From Leucoraja erinacea (Eukaryota): a stretch of DNA of 64,000 bases. The notes beneath the pieces were generated by a model. The model saw only the letters and a list, made by a program, of their open reading frames with translations. It was not told the origin of the DNA and did not search any database. Position numbers and translations under genes: made by a program. The stretch lies in assembly GCF_028641065.1 (NCBI RefSeq), contig NC_073406.1, forward strand, positions 6,014,001-6,078,000, written 5' to 3'. Below are positions 1-12,950 of the stretch, one piece after another. The stretch's first letter is position 1, and each line of letters opens with the position of its first letter.

Positions 1-202
1 ATGGTCTGAATCTATCCACAGATACATGATTAATGAATCAGAGCTGATCATTCAAATTAACCACTGGTGGTTATCCTAAACCAAGCTCCATAAAACAGTA
101 AAGCTTTCATCCTCTCTTCTGATGACTTGGTGGAATTGGATTGTGAATAGTACATTTTGCCCTGTAGTATATGATGTGACACAAGACTCCTTTAACACTT
201 AC

Positions 203-380
203 CAACACCAAAGCAATCACATATTGGAGACTGAGAGAGTAATACGGGTCCATCTGCATGGGTCTTGACACCACCTGGTATTCTGCACAGACCCACCAAA
301 CTAGCATTGACTGCATACAAGATATGTGTGGGTGTCACATCACAGTGCAACACATGTAGAACGACTGCATTAAATGGCAC
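203..380 (-). CDS. NOL9: NOL9 coding exon 10 (178 nt); gene continues beyond the window start
   Basis: ttgcag|VPFNAVVLHVLHCDVTPTHILYAVNASLVGLC...PICDCFGVG|gtaagt; NOL9 C-terminal domain; no stop codon reached. Confidence 0.93.
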
Positions 381-1193
381 CTGCAAAAAAAAAACAAAAA
401 ACATCAATTTATAGAATAAAAGGTTTATTGACATCTTAGACTACCGAGATAACTCCCACCACCACTCAGAGCATGACTTTTAACATGAATCACACCTGGA
501 ATGCAAAACTATTCTTCCTTTTTTTGAGAGGGAAAGCAATGAAGATTATATCTCTAGCGCCTCAAGAAGGATGGAAAAGTTCTTTGACACTGGTAACAGA
601 TGATTCAGGACCACCATTGTGATGGCTATCCATGCAGTTATCCCTCTGCAGTTTACTGTGCGATTTACTTTGTCACCTAACAGTTCATCAATAAACTGGC
701 ACTGCAGAGCATCATAGTCGATGGACTGCCCTGAAGTCCACATTCATTATTTGCAAAGAGACTCATGGCTTCAGTGCAGGAAAACAATAAGTCTGGTTCA
801 ACAGGAACCAGAAGCGAACTGCTTTGCCCTAATTTCTACAAATAGAGCTTTTCCATATTGCATGTTCCGAAGAATGGTCATCCATCTGAAATGTTGGCTC
901 TGTTTCTCCCTGCTCGACCTGCTGAATATTTGCCAGCATTTACTGTTTCATTAAAGGACAATGCCATGTTCACCTTCCTAAATTTCCCATTGAAGGATCA
1001 GATTAGATTATCCATTCCATAATTCCTGTGCAGTTTATTGGAAATTCACAATATTAAGTCCCCAAAAGCAAAATAAACAGATTACACAGGTAAATGCAGC
1101 CTAAATGAAAAATTAAAAAGTACCTACTCTGTGAAGCTTCAAATGTTGAGTTGACAGAAATAAGCAAAAAAGAATTTAAGGAATGGCACTTAC

Positions 1194-1305
1194 CTGATAT
1201 GGCAACATACTGTGCAAGGATAAGGGGTGGCGGATGTCCAATGACTGCAGGTGGCTGAAAGAACCCAGAAGAGCCAAATCTCTCAGCACATTGCTGCGGG
1301 ATTTT
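1194..1305 (-). CDS. NOL9: NOL9 coding exon 9 (112 nt), lid region
   Basis: caccag|KSRSNVLRDLALLGSFSHLQSLDIRHPLSLHSMLPYQ|gtaagt; phase 2 to 0. Confidence 0.92.
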
Positions 1306-1358
1306 CTGGTGGGAAAAAAATATTATTAGTGGCTTTGAAGAGGTGTCAGGACAGGGAG

Positions 1359-1452
1359 GTTACACAGAAAAGCTGGAGAAACTCAGCGGGTGCAGCAGCA
1401 TCTATGGAGCGAAGGAAATAGGCAACGTTTCGGGCCGAAACCTCTTTAACAC
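1359..1452 (-). mobile_element. Penelope-terminus-derived mini-element with 15-bp TSD
   Basis: Flanked by TGTCAGGACAGGGAG at 1344-1358 and 1453-1467. Confidence 0.8.
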
Positions 1453-2159
1453 TGTCAGGACAGGGAGTCTCCATTGCATCCAACACAGCTCTATTATATC
1501 AGGCATCAAATATTGGGACAACAAAACAATACTCGCAGAACAAATAAAGGTAAGGCTCAGGGCCAAGCTCAGGGACCTTAAAATTTCAAACAATTTTGAT
1601 AACAAGGCTACTTGCACTTGTGGGGAAGAGAAAAAATGAAAAGTCAATGCAAGAGATAATAAATTGTGAGAAATTAACAAAGCTGTTTTAGATTGTTTAA
1701 AAAAAATTGACATCAAAGAGAGTGGCGAGGCTAACAGTATAAATACATAAATTAAAAAAAAAAAGCTTGATAAACACTAGGGTAAACACTAGGCATTTAT
1801 AGAAGCTGATATGTAGTAAACCTTTGTTATAATGGACCATTGAGGGGGGGGAGGGGGAAGAATGGTGTCCATAATTGCCGTTTGTCCACTGTAACCAAGT
1901 AAGTTATTATCATTGTATGTGTAGTAGAATCAAAAAATTACAGTTGCTGGTTAATGCACAAATGGACACAAACTGCTAGATGGAGTAATTCAGTAGCCTA
2001 GGCAGCATCTCTAGACAATGTAAATAGGTGATATTTTGGATCGAGACCCTTCTTCAGATTCTCGGTCTGGAATTGGACCTGAAATCCAGGTGAATTAACT
2101 GCCCCGGCCTGCAGGTGGCTGAGGGAGGGGTGGCTGCGAGCGGAGTCAATGGTCGCGGC

Positions 2160-2295
2160 CAGTGTGTTGGCAGTGGCGGCAGAAGGCACGGCTTAAAAGC
2201 GGCCAAGGTATGTGTGTTGGCCAGCAGTGGCGGGAGAAGGCACGGCTTAAAAGCGGCCAAGGTATGCGTGTTGGTTAGCAGTGGCGGGAGAAGGT
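2160..2295. repeat. 54-bp tandem repeat, about 2.5 copies, within a GC-rich insertion (~2060-2720) in a NOL9 intron
   Basis: GAAGGCACGGCTTAAAAGCGGCCAAGGTAT recurs at 2182 and 2236. Confidence 0.8.
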
Positions 2296-3127
2296 CCGGT
2301 CTGGAAGTGGCGTAGGCGGCTGGCTCTGCAAATGGTCGTCGCGGCCGTGCGAGACGGGGACAGCACGGGTGGCTGGGGCTGTGAGCGCTGAGGTTAGCCT
2401 GCACTGCAAGCGGCCAGGGAGGTAGTGCGGGTGGCCGATGCTGTGAGCGGCAGGGGAGGTGCACGATCAGCTGTTGATATGTCCATCCGCTAAAACCAAA
2501 ATTTGTTCTAAACAGGTTATTTAAACTAGACCTTACTGTAGTCAGAAAATGAAGGATGGATGGAAGCCTAAATACAACATAAATCCTGGTCCATATTAGT
2601 TGAAGCAAATGTCTAATTTCTATGCTGAATAATCTACGAGAGTTGTGACCATATATCTGTACTTGAAATGAGATCACCTAATCGCCACATCCCGAGTTAT
2701 GCATCCCCCTCGCCGAAATGCATCCTCCTCATCCATACATGTATTCACTCACAAAATATTCACATTTTCCATTGCACAAAGACAAGAAGTGGGTAGGGGA
2801 CTTGTATATGAAAATAACCACAAATATATCTCTGTGTAAAAATAGTTTATGTAAAAAGGAGGAAGTTGGAGGTTTCTTGGAATCAGTTCCTTTTATCCTT
2901 GTGGGTGGTATAGAGGAAGCTTGGCCAGTTTCTCTTGTGCAGTATACAGCGAGTACTCTGTGCAATTAGTATACACTGTTCACTGGTCATCTATCTGAAA
3001 TGTTGATTCTGTTTCTCCCTTCATAGAGATTGCTTGACCTGCTGAATATTGGGAGGGAACAGACACTTGTATCCCTGTTAGGTGTTTAGAGTAATAGGAG
3101 ATATTAACATAACATAGTTATACTTAC

Positions 3128-3425
3128 GAACATCTTCCATCTTCCACTCCAGGAAACTCAGAATGAATGCACATCCATTTGTGTCCCTGGAGTCCCACGT
3201 GCATTTGCATCTCCTCATCTGAAGATGAGGAGTTTGAGGACAATTTGAGGTTCGCGGGCTTTTGCTGAATTTGGTGTTTCCCCTTGGTCTGCCACCCTGC
3301 AGCTGTCTGCACAAAGTCCGCTGTCAGAAGCACAAAGTCTTGGCTCCCCCTCGTGGCGACCAGCTGTACCACATGGGTTGGTGCCAAAAAACGGATCAGA
3401 TCAATCAAAACAGACAAGCCAAATC
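3128..3425 (-). CDS. NOL9: NOL9 coding exon 8 (298 nt)
   Basis: tgatag|GFGLSVLIDLIRFLAPTHVVQL...HSEFPGVEDGRCS|gtaagt; phase 1 to 2. Confidence 0.93.
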
Positions 3426-4416
3426 CTATCAAAGAAGAAGGGAGACAGGTACTGGTCAAGATCAGGTGGATGTGACAGAGACCGATTGAGGCTAAATGCG
3501 TGTGTATAAAATGGCATGATTTTGATCCGGGACTTTTCCCAAAATGTATGATGACCCGTATAAATGAATTCAATATTGTTCCTCTAATAACACAATCGCC
3601 ATTCTGTAATCATTCAAATTTATCAAAGTGATTAATTTACTGTAAAAAAGTTATATTAAATTTAAAAGTTATATTAAATTTAAACTGCAAAATCAAAATA
3701 ATGAGCAAAAGGAATAGACAGTGGAGTTACCAAAATATACTCTTGTATTCATTTTTTCAAAACCATTCTCCAGCTTAGTTTTAAAATGACTGTTGAAGAT
3801 GACAATTGTGGCAGGAGATGACATAACTGCAAAATACATTTAGCTCCTGAAACGATCTGACATGAGACAATATCTTGCAGATAATGGTTTGCCATTTATT
3901 CTAACAATAATGGGAAGCATCATTTAGCCAATGTTGCCAACTACATGGGACAAACTAGAACTGCGCGTACTATATCATATTAAACTGTCTCATATTAAAT
4001 AGGTTAATTATGCAAATCATTATCTCAGGTGCTGTTAGTCTGGGTTGAGAATTTCTACATTCTCGTGCTATTTCTGGGAAACAAGGGCTAACAATATATC
4101 AAAGAATATTCACTTCATGTGTAAATGGAAGGCTGTGGTACCTATGGAATGTATACTCCAGTATGCGGTGGGAGTGGGATTTAATTAATGGAAATAAAGC
4201 AATCTTAGTATCCAGGTTTCTGAATGGCAGTGGTGTAGAAGGTAGTGCTATTGTTCCATGTGGACAGCAAACCTGGGCTTGATCCTGACCAGCATTCGGA
4301 GCTTGGCTTTCTCCCTGTGACTGTGCAGGTTTCCTCTGGGGACTCCAGTTTCTTCAACATCCCAAGAAGATGGTTGGTAGGTTATCCTTTGTTTCATTAA
4401 GTAAAATAATCTATGT

Positions 4417-4545
4417 TTAAGAAGGAACTGCAGATGCTGGAAAACCGAAGGTAGACAAAAATGCTGGAGAAACTCGGCGGGTGAGGCAGCATCTATGGAG
4501 CGAAGGAAATACGCAACGTTTCGGGTCGAAACCCATCTTCAGATA
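4417..4545 (-). mobile_element. Penelope-terminus-derived mini-element
   Basis: aaggaactgcagatgctgg...gctggagaaactc...cttcag family sequence; AATAATCTA on both flanks. Confidence 0.75.
4515..4542 (-). ncRNA. Minimal hammerhead core, GUU-triplet variant
   Basis: Reverse complement CTGAAGATGGGTTTCGACCCGAAACGTT, inside mini-element 4417-4545. Confidence 0.6.
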
Positions 4546-4744
4546 ATAATCTAAGTGCAGTTTTTGGCAAGTCAGTGAGAAACTGGGAAATAAGTGGAGG
4601 ATTATTCTGAGAGGAAGCAAAGATTTGAGAAGCCTAATGGCCGCTTTCTGCAGTGTGAGAACATTTTAAAACGTATGAACATGACTTAAAAGGGCCAAAT
4701 GACACTTAATCATCTATACTCGATTGTATTGTAAGGTTTCTGAC

Positions 4745-4906
4745 CTTTGAACCAGCCCATGGTATTTATGACTAGTGGAGCCTCTTTCTTGTACTCTGCA
4801 AAGAGGTACCTCACAATGTTCATATATCGATCTGGGTGTTGATCACAGAGCACATTACCATAATACACCATCTTGCGCGGTTCACACTGATGCATGTAAG
4901 GAGGAC
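4745..4906 (-). CDS. NOL9: NOL9 coding exon 7 (162 nt), clasp motif
   Basis: PPYMHQCEPRKMVYYGNVLCDQHPDRYMNIVRYLFAEYKKEAPLVINTMGWFKG; contains the INTMGW motif. Confidence 0.95.
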
Positions 4907-5290
4907 CTATTAAAAGATAAAGGAATTAAACACAATGTGGGAAAAGAAAGGAGAATGTGCATGACAGTAGGCAGAGAAATTATAGTCTTATAATTATAGA
5001 AATGACTAAGTGCAAGCATGAGAGTGCAAGATCATGCGTGTGTCAGGAACTGGAGTAAAGGGTGGGAGTAAAAGTGGTGAGTGACGAGCAAAGAATTTGC
5101 ATGCACAAAAAGTCAACTTCATCCTCCATCACAGCAAGAACAAAAGCAGATTCCTTGTTTTTTTGTGTTAAAACTAAACCGTAACATTATCTTCTCCCCG
5201 GATGTTTAGCTTTAGCATGCTCCATTTTTTTTTTTAAGTCATTATATTCCAAAGGTTACCTGCATCAACATTGTTCAGTTGTATACTTAC

Positions 5291-5388
5291 TGAAAATAGG
5301 CTTTGTCACCAAGTTTAGTGCCATGCAGCCAGGGGGACTAAATTCCGTCTGACCTACGTCAAGTTCGAGAAATTCTACACATGGAATG
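5291..5388 (-). CDS. NOL9: NOL9 coding exon 6 (98 nt), Walker B DxGQ motif
   Basis: IPCVEFLELDVGQTEFSPPGCMALNLVTKPIF; the DxGQxEFxPPG motif is characteristic of Clp1-family kinases. Confidence 0.96.
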
Positions 5389-5663
5389 CTGTGGGAGAGA
5401 TAATTAAATGATGATAACGTTTCTCTGCTATCACCTCAGGTAGATAAAATTCATAAACCGGACAACAGCTTGAGAAAAGATAGTGTATTATAATAAATCA
5501 CTTAGCCACCAGTGCCCATTCAACATGAAACACGCCACCAATCTATGTGGATCAGTCACAGTCATTAGATCATTTTTGCAGTTAAAACATTCACATTCTA
5601 AATATGGGGAAATGTAATATTCCCCATCATTGAAAAGTTAATGCAAGGTGTAATAAAACTTAC

Positions 5664-5760
5664 TGATTCAGAAGCGAGTTCATGAGATGTCTGTTAAAGG
5701 TTGACTTCCCTACATTCTTTCCTCCACATGTCAAGATGACAGGATACCCATTGTCATCTT
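5664..5760 (-). CDS. NOL9: NOL9 coding exon 5 (97 nt), Walker A / P-loop
   Basis: EDDNGYPVILTCGGKNVGKSTFNRHLMNSLLN; GxKxxGKST P-loop of the Clp1/Grc3/Nol9 kinase family; flanked by ttttag and gtaagt. Confidence 0.96.
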
Positions 5761-6477
5761 CTAAAATGAAACCATATATGCATTACACACTGTAACACAA
5801 CTTAATCATATTAACACCATGACTGGAATAGAAGTACACCACTCAGTTCCAATTCAATAGCAGCAAACATGATTACAACCTCCCCATTCCTGTAATCCCC
5901 TGGTAACCTTTTGTCACCTACTTGTTATGAATCAAAGCGCTGGAGGAACTCAGTGGGTCAGGCTGAATTCGGCCAGCATTTCGTATTTTGCTCAAAATTC
6001 CAGCATCAGCAGTTTCTTGTGTCTCCTCTTTATTGAAACATTTAAGGACTAAGGTCTCAGAAAAATAAACATCCTTTTCACAACCATATTACCTAATCCT
6101 CAGGATCTTGCATGCTTTAAATAGAGTCCCCTCTCATTTTTCTATACTCTAGCATATGCTAGTCTCGACTCGCCAACCTTTCCTCATTCAATAACCTGTC
6201 TATTCCACGTATCCGTTTTCCACGATTACTTCCAATACATTTATACCCTTCCTTAAATAGAGACCAATACTGTACATTGATCTCCAGATGTGATTTCAGC
6301 AATGTCCTATATATATGAATCATAACCATAGTTCTATATTTTAATTTCCCTTGCAATAAATGAAAACATGTTAGTTTTCCCAATTATTTGCTGTACGTGC
6401 ATTTCAGTATTCGAAAGTTTAGATAATATACTTTATTTTTTGTGTCAAAATAGAGTGCTTCACTTTTTTTGCAGATA

Positions 6478-7315
6478 ATAACCTGCGCAGGCAGTGAAGA
6501 AAGCTAATGGCATGTTGGCCTTCATTGTGAGAGGATTTGAGTTTAGGAGCAAGGAGGTCCTATTGCAGCTGCACAGGGCCCTGGTGAGACTGTACCTCGA
6601 GTATTGTGTGCAATTTTGGTCTCCTAATATGAGGAAGGGCATTATTGCTATTGAGGGAGTGCAGCGCAGGTTCACCAGGTTAATTCCCGGAATGTTAGAA
6701 CTGACATGTGATGAAAGAATGGGTCGATTAGGCTTGTATTCACTGTAATTTGGAAGGCTGAGAGGGGATTTTATAGAAACATATAAAATTCTTAAAGGAA
6801 TGGACAGGCTAGATGCAGGAAAAATGTTGCCGATGTTGGGGGAGTCCAGAACCAGGGTCACAGTTTAAGAATAAGGCGTAGGCCATTTAGGACTGAGATG
6901 AGGAAAAACATTCATCCAGATTTGTGAATCTGTGGAATTCCCTGCCACAGAAGGCGGTGGAGGCTCAACTCTACAGAACATTTTTTTCATTATTTATTAT
7001 GTAAAGAGTGTTTAGATTTGTTTGGTTGTTTTGTTGTTTGTCTTTTGCACAAAAATCCGCGAGCATTGCCACTTTCATTTCACTGCACATCTCGTATGTG
7101 TATGTGACAAATAAACTTGACTTGACTTGACTTGACGGCCAATTCACTGGATGTTTTCAAGAGAGTTAGATTTAGCTCTTAGGGCTAAAGGAATCAAGGG
7201 ATACGAGGAAAAAGCAGGAACGGGATACTGATTTTAGATGATCAGCCATGATCATATTAAATGGCAATGCTGGCTTAAAGGGCTGAATGGTCTAATCCAG
7301 CACCTATTTTATGTT
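6478..7315 (+). mobile_element. CR1/HER1-type LINE 3' fragment
   Basis: KKANGMLAFIVRGFEFRSKEVLLQLHRALVRLYLEYCVQFWSP...; interrupted at ~6967-7136 by a Rex1-type 3' UTR with (CTTGA)n tail. Confidence 0.88.
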
Positions 7316-7513
7316 TAAGCAACTGTCATTAGTATAGAGAGGCATGATGTTGGCATGACGTGAGCGGTAATAGAGCCTGTATTCACACTGTAGAACTCTC
7401 TGGTGAATGCCTGTGTAAAGCAATGATATAACAAGGGCAGCAGAAACACTAAATCTTCATACTTGCCATGTTCCAAATCCTTCCTCCATCAACATCAAGT
7501 CCCCAATGCTTAC

Positions 7514-7658
7514 CAAGACACGTCTTTACAAGTTCCTGCACAGTGGCCGTCCAGCTTTCGGACATATTCATCCCCTGATCATCGGGAAGAACAACTACCC
7601 CAATAGACGCCAATGCTGCGCATTCATTGAATGCAACTTTCCCAGAAATCATCCCTTT
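7514..7658 (-). CDS. NOL9: NOL9 coding exon 4 (145 nt)
   Basis: tttcag|KGMISGKVAFNECAALASIGVVVLPDDQGMNMSESWTATVQELVKTCL|gtaagc; phase 0 to 1. Confidence 0.9.
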
Positions 7659-8515
7659 CTGAAAGGTAAGAGTCCAAAAAATAAATTAAATTCACTGTAT
7701 AATTTGATACAGAAATGTTAAACTATACTCAGTAAACTAAACTGCATCAGGAATAATGGTTTGACTATCTGCAATAAATGGATAAAGGCCAATCATGAGA
7801 TATAATACCACAACGAAGACTCTCAGCACCAAATAAATGAATGAGCGGCTCATTGCAGTTTCAGCAATTCTCAAGAGCAATAGCCTAATTTGCTCACAGC
7901 ACCCAAGTAATCCTCGACCATCTTCAAATCCCAATACAACATCTGTTCCTCATGTTGACATTTTATAAAACTGCTCAAGTATCTCTGACAGACATTGGAA
8001 GTAATGGAGGTATGTTTCGCTCGGACCCTATAATAAATTAATCATATTCATTCTGTATGATGAAGCTTTCTATGGCTAATATTGTACATTGTCTTTTACG
8101 ACAGTGACCACACTTTAATAAAAATTGGCAATAAAGTATTTTGGAATGTTCAAAAAACTGGCAAGCTGTTTATTTTCTTACATCAGTATTATCCCTAATT
8201 TACCATTCCAATTTATTTTAAATGTCTCTCAATCTTCAATTGCATCTAGTCATATTGATCTTATTTTATTCAGATGAGTAAATAACAAACAACGGTTAGC
8301 ATTTGAAAGCCTATTTTAAAGGCTGCTCGGACAGAGATCTGCAGTTTTCAGTACAAACTAATACATAACACAACCTCAGTGTTGTAGGCAGCCCTACATT
8401 TATCCACAGAACAAGAGTCACTCGACAGTGATAACACCCTGGACACTCACAAACACATGCACTAAACCCAGACAGCATTCTTTGGATGTGGTTGTAAATC
8501 TTATAAACCACTCAC

Positions 8516-8646
8516 TGAATGTGATGCAAATATTTCCTTGTAGTCAGAGATGTTGGACAGAAAGAGTGTTTCTGGGCTATCAAGATGCTCCAACAGCAGG
8601 ACTGAGCTCGAAGATGTTACCTCCTTCATCAAAATATGTCTTGAAG
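8516..8646 (-). CDS. NOL9: NOL9 coding exon 3 (131 nt)
   Basis: ttgcag|ASRHILMKEVTSSSSVLLLEHLDSPETLFLSNISDYKEIFASHS|gtgagt; phase 1 to 0, open frame. Confidence 0.88.
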
Positions 8647-8933
8647 CTGCAATAAATACAGAGATTAGGAGCACAACACCAAAATACCCCCATTAGCAAT
8701 CCTAAACTAAAATGCGAGTGTTAGACATACTCAGCAAGTCCAGCAGCATTTTTCAGAGAGAAACAGAGTCCATGTTTTAGGTTGATGACCTTTTTATCAG
8801 AACCTGAATTCAGCTAGAAAAATTAGGGAAGCGATTTCAGCTTGGCAAACCCTCTCATTCCATCCCAACAAACACATCTAGGACAGATACCAAATGGGTC
8901 AGATAAAGAGTAAAGCACTGTCAATATATTTTA

Positions 8934-9030
8934 GGTAGACAAAAATGCTGGAGAAACTCAGCTGGGTGCGGCAGCATCTATGGAGCGAAGGAAATAGGCA
9001 ACGCTTCAGGTCGAAACCCTTCTTCAGACT
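8934..9030 (-). mobile_element. Penelope-terminus-derived mini-element
   Basis: Same family sequence; TATATTTTA on both flanks. Confidence 0.75.
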
Positions 9031-9523
9031 ATATTTTAAATGTCCTTAAACTTCACAAAAAGAATGCAAACCTTGTTTTGTTTTACTTTTTATACCGTTT
9101 GGTAGCCTTCCTGGGTATCTATTTACGGCCATTACTAGTTGTCACAATAAAAGGTGCAGAATTTAGAAAAGTGTAAATCCCAGTATTATTAAAAACACTC
9201 CCAATTTTATTCTACAACAATTTCTGCTTATATGCACCCTTGCATCTTTACAGGAACATTATCAAACACAAAAGCTGCCAAGAGTAATTAAGATAATAGG
9301 TCAATATTAAGAGGTGACTTTTAAAATATTTTTTTAAAGAAGGAAACGAAACAGAGGGAGGAAAAATCCAAACCAAGATGTTTGTTAGTTGCAGAGTTGG
9401 GCACTCACACTGTAATTACATTCAGCCCAAGTGGATAAGACAGATAGTTGGGAAAAAAATTACAGAAATATGGAGGAATGAGACCACAGCAGGATTTAGA
9501 AACCCGAATAAAGATTTTAAAGG

Positions 9524-9732
9524 AAGAGAGACACAAAATGCTGGAGTAACTCAGCGGGACAGGCAGCATCTCTGGTGAGATGGAATGGGTGGTGTTTCTG
9601 GTCGAGAGAAGGGTCTTGACCCGAAACGCCACCCATTGCTTCTCTCCCGAGATGCTGCCTGTCCCGCTGAGTTACTTCAGCATTTTGTGTCTATCTTTGG
9701 TCTAAACCAGCATCTGCAGTTCCTTCCTCCAT
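9524..9732. mobile_element. Inverted (hairpin) double mini-element with 10-bp TSD
   Basis: Two inverted arms; ATTTTAAAGG at 9514-9523 and 9733-9742. Confidence 0.8.
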
Positions 9733-10066
9733 ATTTTAAAGGCAAGGTGTTATTTAACCAGGAGATAGTATGCTTGAGTATGGGTAAACAGAAGTTGATC
9801 CAAGTTAGGACATGGGCAACAACGTTTTCAGTGACCTCAAGTTCAGTGAGTGCAGAATGAGAAAGGCCATCCAGGGGTGTGCTGGAAACTTACATTTCAG
9901 CTTTGCTAAAGCCATCAGACAAGGCCCTTACAACTTGCAATAGGAATAAATTCCTACATACCCCGTGTACCACGCACCATCCTCTTGCTACACAAATGGT
10001 ACAATAGACATTTGATGCATCTGGTCTAACAACTAGTATTCCTTTCCATGGATCCCAGATCCTCAC

Positions 10067-10286
10067 CTGCTGCTACATGGTGTCGTAGAACTGATTTCAC
10101 TTCCATTTTCATCTCACGCTTCGTCAGGCCTGGTTTACAATGAGGCAGAGCCTCGATGCTCAGCGCAGCATGTGTTGGTAAAGAGTACAGATGGTATGTG
10201 GGCTGCCCCTCTCTAATTGTAAACCCAAATACCTGGACACTCCCATACAGGCATGTTACTTGACATCTTCCTCGAAAAGTCAGTAT
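10067..10286 (-). CDS. NOL9: NOL9 coding exon 2 (220 nt)
   Basis: acacag|ILTFRGRCQVTCLYGSVQVFGFTIREGQPTYHLYSLPTHAALSIEAL...|gtgagg; resembles the NOL9 N-terminal beta domain; phase 0 to 1. Confidence 0.93.
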
Positions 10287-10479
10287 CTGTGTAAATTAAA
10301 GCAACAGTGACAAGCCAAATTGAAATTCATGGTAAAAACGTGTCTTTCACTCTCAACAAGGATCACATGACATAATGTCTTATAACAGTCAATCTCTGGG
10401 CTCACAAAGAAAAAAACAACATTGGTAAAGAGCAACAAAAAGACCAGTGAGTCAATACTTCAAGGCTGGGGTGGGGGGG

Positions 10480-11580
10480 GAATGATGGATTTGTAGCCAA
10501 GTTTGCAGATGACATGATAATATGTGGAGGGAAAGATGGAGTTCTCCTTATTGCGTATGGCGTGCACAGCCTAAAGTTGTAGGACAACTTGTTCTATTTG
10601 ATCTTATTTGATTGTGCACGTCGGTTTGATTGCATTCGGCGAAACAGGGCGGACCTCGTGAAGGTTGCAATCTTCCACCCCAAAGATGGAGTTGAGGAAG
10701 CAGGGAGTCTGCAGAAGAAATTGGATAGGTTTTGGAGGGTGAACAAGGAAGTGGTGAATGGAATACAGCATAGCAAAGTGAACTATCGTGCACTTTGGTG
10801 GAAGGGCTAAAGGTGTAGACTATTATTTAAACGGGAAAATAATTCAGAAATCAGAGGGGCAAAGGGACTTGGAGGTGCTGTTGCAGGATTTGCAAAAGAT
10901 TAATTTACAGGTTGAGTCAGTAGTACAGAAGGCAAATGCAATGTTAGCATTCATTTTAAGATGACCAGAATATACATGCAAGGATGTAAAGCTGAGATTT
11001 TATAAGGTGCTGGTCAGACCATATTTGGAATATTGACTGCAGTTTTGGGTTCCATATCCGAGGAAGGAAGTGCTGGCATTGGAGAGGGTTCAGAGGTTTT
11101 GCACTCAGAGGTTTTGCACTCAGTGGGTGAGGCAGCAATCTATGGAGAGGAGGAATAGGCGACGTTTCGGGTCGAGACCCTTCTTCAGACTGATGTCTGG
11201 GGAGGGGGGAAGAAAGGAAGAAGCGGAGACAGTAGGCATGTGGGAGAGCTGGGAAGGGGATAGGAAGGAGAAAGCAAGGACTACCTGAAATTGGAGGTGA
11301 ATAAAAGGACGTTCCTTTAGAACGGAGATGAGGACGAATTTCTTTAGCTATATGGTGGTGAATCTGTGTAATTCATTGCCACAGAAAGCTGTGGAGGCCA
11401 AGTAATTGGGTATTTTTAAAACAGAGATTGATAGATTGCTGATTAGGAAGGGCATCAAAATTTACAGGGAGAAAGCGAGAGAATGGAATTGAGAGAGAAA
11501 AATAGACCAGTCATGATCAAGTGGCAGAGCACACTCTATGAGGCGAATGGTTTAATGCTGCTACTGTCTCTTATGATCTC
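10480..11580 (+). mobile_element. Degenerate CR1-type LINE RT 3' fragment with nested insertions
   Basis: VAKFADD motif; YKVLVRPYLEY..QFW.P; interrupted by a Penelope-terminus segment at ~11120-11300. Confidence 0.75.
11161..11188 (-). ncRNA. Minimal hammerhead ribozyme core (Penelope-type), intact
   Basis: Reverse complement CTGAAGA-A-GGGTC-TC-GACCC-GAAAC-GTC: CUGANGA box, 5-bp stem II, GAAA box, palindromic ACGU helix III, GUC cleavage triplet. Confidence 0.75.
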
Positions 11581-11751
11581 AGTGTTGCAGAGCACCAGTT
11601 CCAGAGGCTAAGAACAATGTTCGCAATGGGGTAGAGGCGAGTCAGACAGTACACTAGCTTTTAAAAGGACTGTTCAGAAGTCTGATAATTCAACACCGCA
11701 TGAAGGGCGAGGGGCTGAAGGAGCAAGGAGCAAAACAAAACTCTTTAATAC

Positions 11752-12330
11752 CTGTGATGGTGACATGAGGACTATACTTTGTTCATTCCCAGTGTTAATT
11801 GCAGTGAAACAAAATCTTGCATTGACTTCAGAGGATGCAGTGCCATTGTCAACAAGATCTTCAAATGGTTCACCATTGAGCCCACCATTAATTGTAAACA
11901 AGCCGGCATTCAAACACTGTTGCTCGATTCCTTCCTCTTTCTCCTCAGTTCCATTTGCCTGCTCTATTAAAGTCCTGCTCTTTTTTAATGAAATGTTGAC
12001 CTTTTCCTCCAAGTTTTGAGACGGGGGCTCAGTTTTATTTTCTTCCTTGTGTAGTTCACCAGTATTTGATTGCAGATTTTCATCATCCTCACACTTTTCT
12101 TTGGCACTTTCCCATTCAACGGCATTTATTGTGTTGTGTCTGAGGCGTGGTCTCTTCATTCTGCGGCGACAGGGGGCAAGTAAGCAGCAACGTCGCGTGA
12201 GCACGCTCAGCTGCTTGGCTCCTGAAACATCAGTCAGTACCAACATGGTCTTGCGCTTCCACCTGCGGCGCCGAGCTACTGTGGGAACAGACTGGCTCAA
12301 ACACATCCCCGCTGGATTAGTGACTCTCAT
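11752..12330 (-). CDS. NOL9: NOL9 first coding exon (193 aa, basic N-terminus followed by acidic linker)
   Basis: ATG at 12330, preceded by an acceptor (ctcaagcag, ~12357-12365). Basic clusters RRRRWKRK and RRRMKRPR. Ends ...SIVLMSPSQ|gtatta, phase 0, joining in frame to the next exon. Confidence 0.85.
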
Positions 12331-12950
12331 CTTTTGTTAGTTTCAGCACGATCCAACTGCTTGAGAGGAGAAATAACATATTTTAAAAATCAGTAATTAT
12401 TCAGCTTTCTGGTGCGTGTCTGAGTATTCAATGTGGGTGATTGACAGATCTGACAGAATGATTACATAGAAATGCAGAACCAAGAAAACGTAACGCCACA
12501 TCTCTTAAAATCCTTCTGTTTTAATCTGTTATTTTTAATTATTTGCAACAGTAATTAACCTGGTTTCAAATATTTGTTTTTGATTGCTGTCATTCAACTC
12601 TACTACCTTCTCTAAATCCATCTCTACATTTAATCAGTTTTCTCTTCCAAAACTCCATTCCCTTAGTATTCCAGCCAGCTCTGAAACCTGCTTAGTGCTC
12701 AAGGTAGTGACTTTATGCAACAGGCAATCTATAATGTGCCTACAATTAAAAGCACCGTACAATTGTTAGTAACTCTATACACCTTGATAATCCCCTAATG
12801 CACATTGCAATAAATTCCAATTATTCCTTGCTCCTATTCCTCACCTCAATCAAAAACATTTTCATATCTTGAAAACATTTACAGCAACAACCATGTTCAT
12901 TTCCCCAAACCTATTCTCTCATTGCATATAACCATTTCATACCCAGTTAA

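Noticed and set aside
2054-2677. 207-aa minus-strand ORF with an 18-aa repeat inside a NOL9 intron
   Set aside because: The repeat comes from a 54-bp minisatellite in a GC-rich insertion; there is no domain signature and NOL9 exon phases close without it.
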